The translations under genes and the position numbers were made by a program. Below are positions 60,074-64,000 of a DNA stretch of 64,000 nt, one piece after another. This stretch comes from Orbicella franksi (taxonomy: Eukaryota). The notes under the pieces are model-generated. The model was not told where the DNA came from and made no database searches. It saw nothing but the letters and a program-made list of their open reading frames with translations. The first letter of the stretch is position 1; each line of letters opens with the position of its first letter. Location of the stretch: contig OZ116707.1 of the NCBI GenBank assembly GCA_964199315.1, positions 3,286,001 to 3,350,000 on the forward strand, in the 5' to 3' direction.

Positions 60074-60454
60074 TTACAATTTCCAACGTTTCTTGGTCTG
60101 CATGATTTTCTTAACAATGCGTTCTGTCATGGTTTTACGTCCGGGTAATTTGTCGATGGCCTGGATCATCTTGGTGTCGGCATCCCATTTGTCCTGTAAG
60201 TTCTTGGCCCTGGAATAGTCAATGTCGTGTTGTTTGGCTAGTCGGTCCAGACGGTTGATCCCGGGGTCTCCACGCGCCAGACGTTTCTTCAGTTTGGTAC
60301 CAGGTCCCATGTACTGATAACCGGGCCAATGAAACTCGATCCCAGTCTTGGCCAACCATTTTTGGATGTCGATCCCATACCCTCGTTGACGTCGACGTCG
60401 GGTACTTCTCCTCGGGGGTGGAGGTGCCTTTTTCCTCTTCTTAATCCGAGTCAT
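60074..60454 (-). CDS. Parvovirus VP1u-like phospholipase A2 domain protein (PLA2X-like)
   Basis: GYQYMGPGT (Ca-binding loop) and DRLAKQHDIDY (HD motif), with a basic N-terminus ending QRGYG. Confidence 0.85.
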   Translation of the reverse strand: MTRIKKRKKAPPPPRRSTRRRRQRGYGIDIQKWLAKTGIEFHWPGYQYMGPGTKLKKRLARGDPGINRLDRLAKQHDIDYSRAKNLQDKWDADTKMIQAIDKLPGRKTMTERIVKKIMQTKKRWKL

Positions 60455-61136
60455 AGTCCAGTCCCCTTCTCCAGGGGTCTTCGAAATCTTCCCACCCTGC
60501 TTGTAACTTTTCTGCGGCTGACGGTTTGGCCTTCTTGTACTTCTTTGACTTGCCTTTGGGACTGTAACCACCGTCGTCGTAGTCGATACCGAGTGATTTC
60601 AGTACACGTCTGGCTCTATCGGAGATAGGTCCTTTTTTCTTGGACGATAGGGGAGTTTTACCTAGCGTGACCTGTTCGAATGGACTGAAGGGTTTCGGGG
60701 TTTTTTTCTCCTTTTTAAAACCTGACGTGGAGGGTATGGGGGTTTTCAGCTCCTTTTTCAGTCCTGTCGTAGAAAGGGGTTGTGGCGGGATGATCACGGG
60801 GGCTGCGGCTGGTTGGTTGACTCCCTTGAGGATCTGTTTCAACAGAGTTTCGACGGGTGCGTCGACCATGCCTTCGGGTTCTGTCGTTCCCTGGTACGAG
60901 ATGGGACCGCTTTTACCCGTTCGTATACGTTTCACCAGTTTCCCTTCCTCGGAGGCGATGGGTTTGGTCATCTTGACGGCCATGCTGTCGGGGATGCGTT
61001 TGTCGTTCAGGATGAGATGTTCTTCGGCGGCCAGACGACCGGCTTTGTTCAACAAGGCATTCTGGCTGATCTTACCCTTGTAATAATCTTGCAGACGATT
61101 GAATTCTTGAACGGGCACCATCATGACTTCATTCAT
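60441..61136 (-). CDS. Polinton hypothetical protein, 231 aa, lysine-rich C-terminus
   Basis: Open ORF; its ATG overlaps the upstream TGA (ATGA). Confidence 0.7.
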   Translation of the reverse strand: MNEVMMVPVQEFNRLQDYYKGKISQNALLNKAGRLAAEEHLILNDKRIPDSMAVKMTKPIASEEGKLVKRIRTGKSGPISYQGTTEPEGMVDAPVETLLKQILKGVNQPAAAPVIIPPQPLSTTGLKKELKTPIPSTSGFKKEKKTPKPFSPFEQVTLGKTPLSSKKKGPISDRARRVLKSLGIDYDDGGYSPKGKSKKYKKAKPSAAEKLQAGWEDFEDPWRRGLDYDSD

Positions 61137-61576
61137 ACCTTCTGACTCAAGGTCGTGTCAGGAAACTCGGACAATTCTCTCAAGGCCGTCTCGTAACAGT
61201 CTTGCCAGTACCGTATGGATTCGTCTTTCTTTTCCAACTTGAGTTTGAGACTTCGAACGGTTTGCTTGCCTTTACCGCACTCCCTGCACAACTCGATGCA
61301 CCCACCGGGCGGCGTGGTATCTCGTTTCGTTTGACAGGTTTGGCAGAAGTCACCGAACTTTAAAGCCATGTATTCTTGATACAGGTCGTGGTACCTCTTG
61401 TTCAAGAACTCGTACGAGTCTTTCCATCGGGCTTCGCGACGATTGGCATCTTGCAACAACTGCACGAGTTTAGGAATGGTATTGTTGGACTCGTCTTCTC
61501 TCGGTGGGAAATTGGGTATGACGTCGACCCCCTCCAGCGGGTAACCGTCCTCGCTGCGTCCTTTCACCGTACACAT
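61133..61576 (-). CDS. Coiled-coil protein with a central Cys cluster (CxxC..CxxxCxxC)
   Basis: Open 147-aa ORF in a compact gene block. Confidence 0.6.
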   Translation of the reverse strand: MCTVKGRSEDGYPLEGVDVIPNFPPREDESNNTIPKLVQLLQDANRREARWKDSYEFLNKRYHDLYQEYMALKFGDFCQTCQTKRDTTPPGGCIELCRECGKGKQTVRSLKLKLEKKDESIRYWQDCYETALRELSEFPDTTLSQKV

Positions 61577-61879
61577 GCTTTGAAACAGCCGTGCAATCCG
61601 CTCCAGAACCCCGCTCCGTTTTGGGTGAGGAGATGTTCTCTTCGACGCTTGAGGGAGTTTTTGCGTCTACCCACTTCGCGCAAAACGTTTTTGTCTTTTC
61701 AGTTTCCCATAAGTCGTTGCGTTGATGGGGATCCTATTTTTCAGCAAATTGAGAACCATCTCGCTGATGGCGTTGATCTGATCTTTGTCGGCGAATTGCA
61801 ACATCCGTTGACGTTTGTTCCGATTGGCTTCTTTCAGGACGCGCGTCAAGAAATGACGTTGTCGTCGTAACCGCTTCAT
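61564..61879 (-). pseudogene. Small basic Polinton protein, one frameshift
   Basis: QINAISEMVLNLLKNRIP..LKRQK [frameshift] NVLREVGRRKNSLKRRREHLLTQNGAGFWSGL. Confidence 0.65.
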
Positions 61880-61886
61880 CGTGGCC

Positions 61887-62180
61887 TCATGCGCGCGAGC
61901 GGATTGGCGTACTCCTTTTATCGCCTTTTACTTGCCGCTCTCTTGTAGATAGGACCCCACATGCCAAACGTTGGAAGATATCTCTTGAAAATTGTCGTTT
62001 GGCTCTTCGGTATTTTTTGTAACCTTGGGCTAGTTGTTTAAACCTTCCTTTCAGAATCGCGGCTTCCGCCGGAGATAGACCTCCACCTCTTTGTTTTCTA
62101 TTCCTCCTACGAACCCTCATGGTGACGAGTGAGGTGGAGTACGTCGAGCCTCGTCCTTTTATTTTCACATGATGGAGCAT
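61887..62180 (-). CDS. Arginine-rich small protein with a QRGGG motif
   Basis: MRVRRRNRKQRGGGLSPAEAAIL.. Confidence 0.6.
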   Translation of the reverse strand: MLHHVKIKGRGSTYSTSLVTMRVRRRNRKQRGGGLSPAEAAILKGRFKQLAQGYKKYRRAKRQFSRDIFQRLACGVLSTRERQVKGDKRSTPIRSRA

Positions 62181-62464
62181 CGGAACTCTTCGCCCTTGTG
62201 TGGAATTTTTTCACCTCGTCTCATTCGTTCCTGCATCCTTCTGGTATGCGCCCGTTCTTGTTTGGCTCTCAGGCTTTCTATGCCTTTGGTGATACTCCAA
62301 GCCGCCTTGGGTAAACCCGCCACCACACTGACAACCCCTTCTCCCCTTTGGTACCGTCTTCTTTTAGTGGTTTTAGCGGTTTTACGCCTTCTCGAAGATG
62401 TTTTCTTTCTCCTTGACCTCTTGGGCATGTTGGTTCTGAATGAAGAGGTTGGCCGCGATGTCAT
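62165..62464 (-). CDS. Arginine/lysine-rich small protein with a QRGEG motif
   Basis: MPKRSRRKKTSSRRRKTAKTTKRRRYQRGEGVVSVVAGL.. Confidence 0.6.
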   Translation of the reverse strand: MTSRPTSSFRTNMPKRSRRKKTSSRRRKTAKTTKRRRYQRGEGVVSVVAGLPKAAWSITKGIESLRAKQERAHTRRMQERMRRGEKIPHKGEEFRCSIM

Positions 62465-62467
62465 TTT

Positions 62468-62965
62468 TTATAGCGGCACGTGACGAAATCGTTTGGCGTA
62501 GTCTCGAACGTATCGGTCGTACGTGGGAGATGTAAAATCCATCACCACATCGTCCAACGTTTGCATCTTGGTCAAAAACCCATCCAATTCCTCCACGCCA
62601 CCCAAAGCGTAGTTCCTGAGTTCAGTCAACGTCTTTTCGTACGTCGTGTAAGCGAATTGGGCCATGTCCATCTTGAACGAATACTTCTTGAAATCGTTCC
62701 ATCCTTTCAGTAAGGTGGCGAAAGCCGTCAATCCTACCACCGTGTACCCATCTTTCCACACGGATCCCAAGACGATACTCACGGCCACCGTCAGTAAGGC
62801 CAGTCCGTTGAGAATGGCGTTGCACAATTTGTAGTAACTGAACATCTGCCTTCGACACCACCAATACTTGTGGTAGAAAGCGTACAAGACGTCCAAACGT
62901 TTCAGGGAATCCAAATCCACCACGGTGTTGAAAGGTTCATCCAATAAACAGACCGAAGTACTCAT
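62468..62965 (-). CDS. Two-transmembrane protein, SLATT-like
   Basis: Hydrophobic hairpin NAILNGLALLTVAVSIVLGSVW..TVVGLTAFATLLKGW followed by a helix with A..TYE..L.E. Confidence 0.55.
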   Translation of the reverse strand: MSTSVCLLDEPFNTVVDLDSLKRLDVLYAFYHKYWWCRRQMFSYYKLCNAILNGLALLTVAVSIVLGSVWKDGYTVVGLTAFATLLKGWNDFKKYSFKMDMAQFAYTTYEKTLTELRNYALGGVEELDGFLTKMQTLDDVVMDFTSPTYDRYVRDYAKRFRHVPL

Positions 62966-63233
62966 GACTCTTCTCTAACCAGTGCCAAACGTAGTCTGAC
63001 TTTCTGTCGGGACGTTCGATCCTTTTAGCTTGTTGCTTGTATTCCCAGATCTCGTCCTTGAAGGCGGTTTCTACGGATTGGTTCAGGATGTCCTGGACTT
63101 GTCGGTAACTATCGCAGTCGTCCGCGATACGTTTCATGTCTTCGTGATCCATGCTGGTCGCATCCCAGTAAGAGCGAGAGCATCGGCATAGATGCAAAAA
63201 GTAGGGGAACCACTCGACTTCACTCCTCAACAT
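62937..63233 (-). CDS. Hypothetical protein, 98 aa
   Basis: Open ORF overlapping its neighbours in the compact block. Confidence 0.5.
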   Translation of the reverse strand: MLRSEVEWFPYFLHLCRCSRSYWDATSMDHEDMKRIADDCDSYRQVQDILNQSVETAFKDEIWEYKQQAKRIERPDRKSDYVWHWLEKSHEYFGLFIG

Positions 63234-63234
63234 C

Positions 63235-63500
63235 TTGATTCGAATGGTTTTTCATCGACGAGGGGGTCGTCTTTTCTTAAGTCTCACAAGTCTTCGGATC
63301 CCGCGACCCACGCCCACTCCCACACCACCAATGGTAGCGGCGGTTCCAGCTCGGATGCCTGTTTTCACGGCGCGGCCGCCCAACGCTTTGGCCAATCCCA
63401 AGGCGGCCCCCTTGCCAATGGGTAACATCGCAGACAGGGCATTCGCAAGAGCACCGCCCCATTGCTTTCTCCTTTTTGGTCGACGACGGCGTCTTCTCAT
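63235..63500 (-). CDS. Arginine-rich small protein with a QWGG motif and an amphipathic segment
   Basis: MRRRRRRPKRRKQWGGALANALSAMLPIGKGAALGLAKALGG..; frames diverge near the 3' end. Confidence 0.55.
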
Positions 63501-63508
63501 GGTTGTTC

Positions 63509-64000
63509 TCAGTTACGTACACTGGTCGAATTGCGTGTGACGGTAGGACGTTGTCCGTTTTTATAGGTAGTCGTGATCGTGTTAGTGGTCGTGATGCCCG
63601 CAATGCGACGACCCGCGGCCGTCTGTTGTTGTTGGTGCAAAATCTCTTCCAATTGTTGCTGCATCTGGGCTTCGTTGAGAACACGGTCTCCTCGCCTCCT
63701 TCTTCTTCTTCCTCCGCGACCCGATCGAATCGACGAAGGCGGTGTGGAGTCACTACCACTTCCTCCTCCACCTCCACCTTCACCTCCACCTCCGCCTCCG
63801 CCTCCGCCTCTGCCTCTGCCTCTTCCACCGCTACCACTAGCGCTACTTCGTCTGCGGCTTCCGGAATCACTGGAGGACGTCGGTGTATTTTGACGTGGGA
63901 CGCGTCTCGGTCGTTTCCCTCCTCGAACGGCTCGTGCCAAAGGGGTGGCGGAAGTTATTTGGGGTGCCCCGACACCTGCCGTGACATTGGCGCGCGACAC
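63509..64000 (-). CDS. Gly/Arg-rich basic protein, 5' end outside the window
   Basis: ..GGRGRGRGGGGGGGGGEGGGGG..RGGRRRRRRG.. Confidence 0.5.
   Translation of the reverse strand: MSRANVTAGVGAPQITSATPLARAVRGGKRPRRVPRQNTPTSSSDSGSRRRSSASGSGGRGRGRGGGGGGGGGEGGGGGGSGSDSTPPSSIRSGRGGRRRRRRGDRVLNEAQMQQQLEEILHQQQQTAAGRRIAGITTTNTITTTYKNGQRPTVTRNSTSVRN

Larger units (their letters stand above)
52093..64000 (-). mobile_element. Polinton-2: Polinton/Maverick (adintovirus-like), extending beyond the window
   Basis: AGTAGTA.AGCA.GCT..GGG.CCTAACCAATCAG terminus shared with Polinton-1, pPolB, PLA2-like gene and basic virion-type ORFs. Confidence 0.92.

Overview
Eukaryotic (intron-containing) genomic DNA, probably from an anthozoan cnidarian such as a stony coral (inferred from the element types and repeats; not verifiable here). 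The window is almost entirely nested mobile elements, with no clear host housekeeping gene. It holds three Ty3/Gypsy retrotransposons, two of them with paired LTRs, PBS, PPT and 5-bp TSDs. It also holds an ISL2EU (Harbinger-related) transposon, an IS3EU-like integrase gene, MITEs, a spliced SET-domain gene fragment and two related Polinton/Maverick (adintovirus-like) elements. Polinton-1 (21428-46416; AGTAGT termini, 6-bp TSD GAAGAT) sits in the gag of a Gypsy. It carries a decayed pPolB, many small accessory ORFs and a tRNA-His gene, but no recognisable integrase, capsid, ATPase or protease. Its right TIR is split by a 10.8-kb TTAA-site DNA transposon encoding a 7-exon transposase-homeodomain-deubiquitinase-like fusion plus F-box/LRR and HTH cargo genes. 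Polinton-2 (52093 to beyond the window end) has a nearly intact pPolB and a virion-type gene block. The most striking pattern is seen in both Polintons. pPolB and a tandem family of F-box-like ORFs start at phase-0 splice acceptors, most without their own ATG. They lie downstream of a short acidic leader exon with a phase-0 donor (intact in Polinton-2, mutated in Polinton-1), and a poly(A) signal sits just before the pPolB acceptor. This suggests an adenovirus-E2-like shared-leader alternative-splicing unit expressing F-box/RING ubiquitin-pathway proteins and the polymerase. That model is inferred from sequence and is untested.
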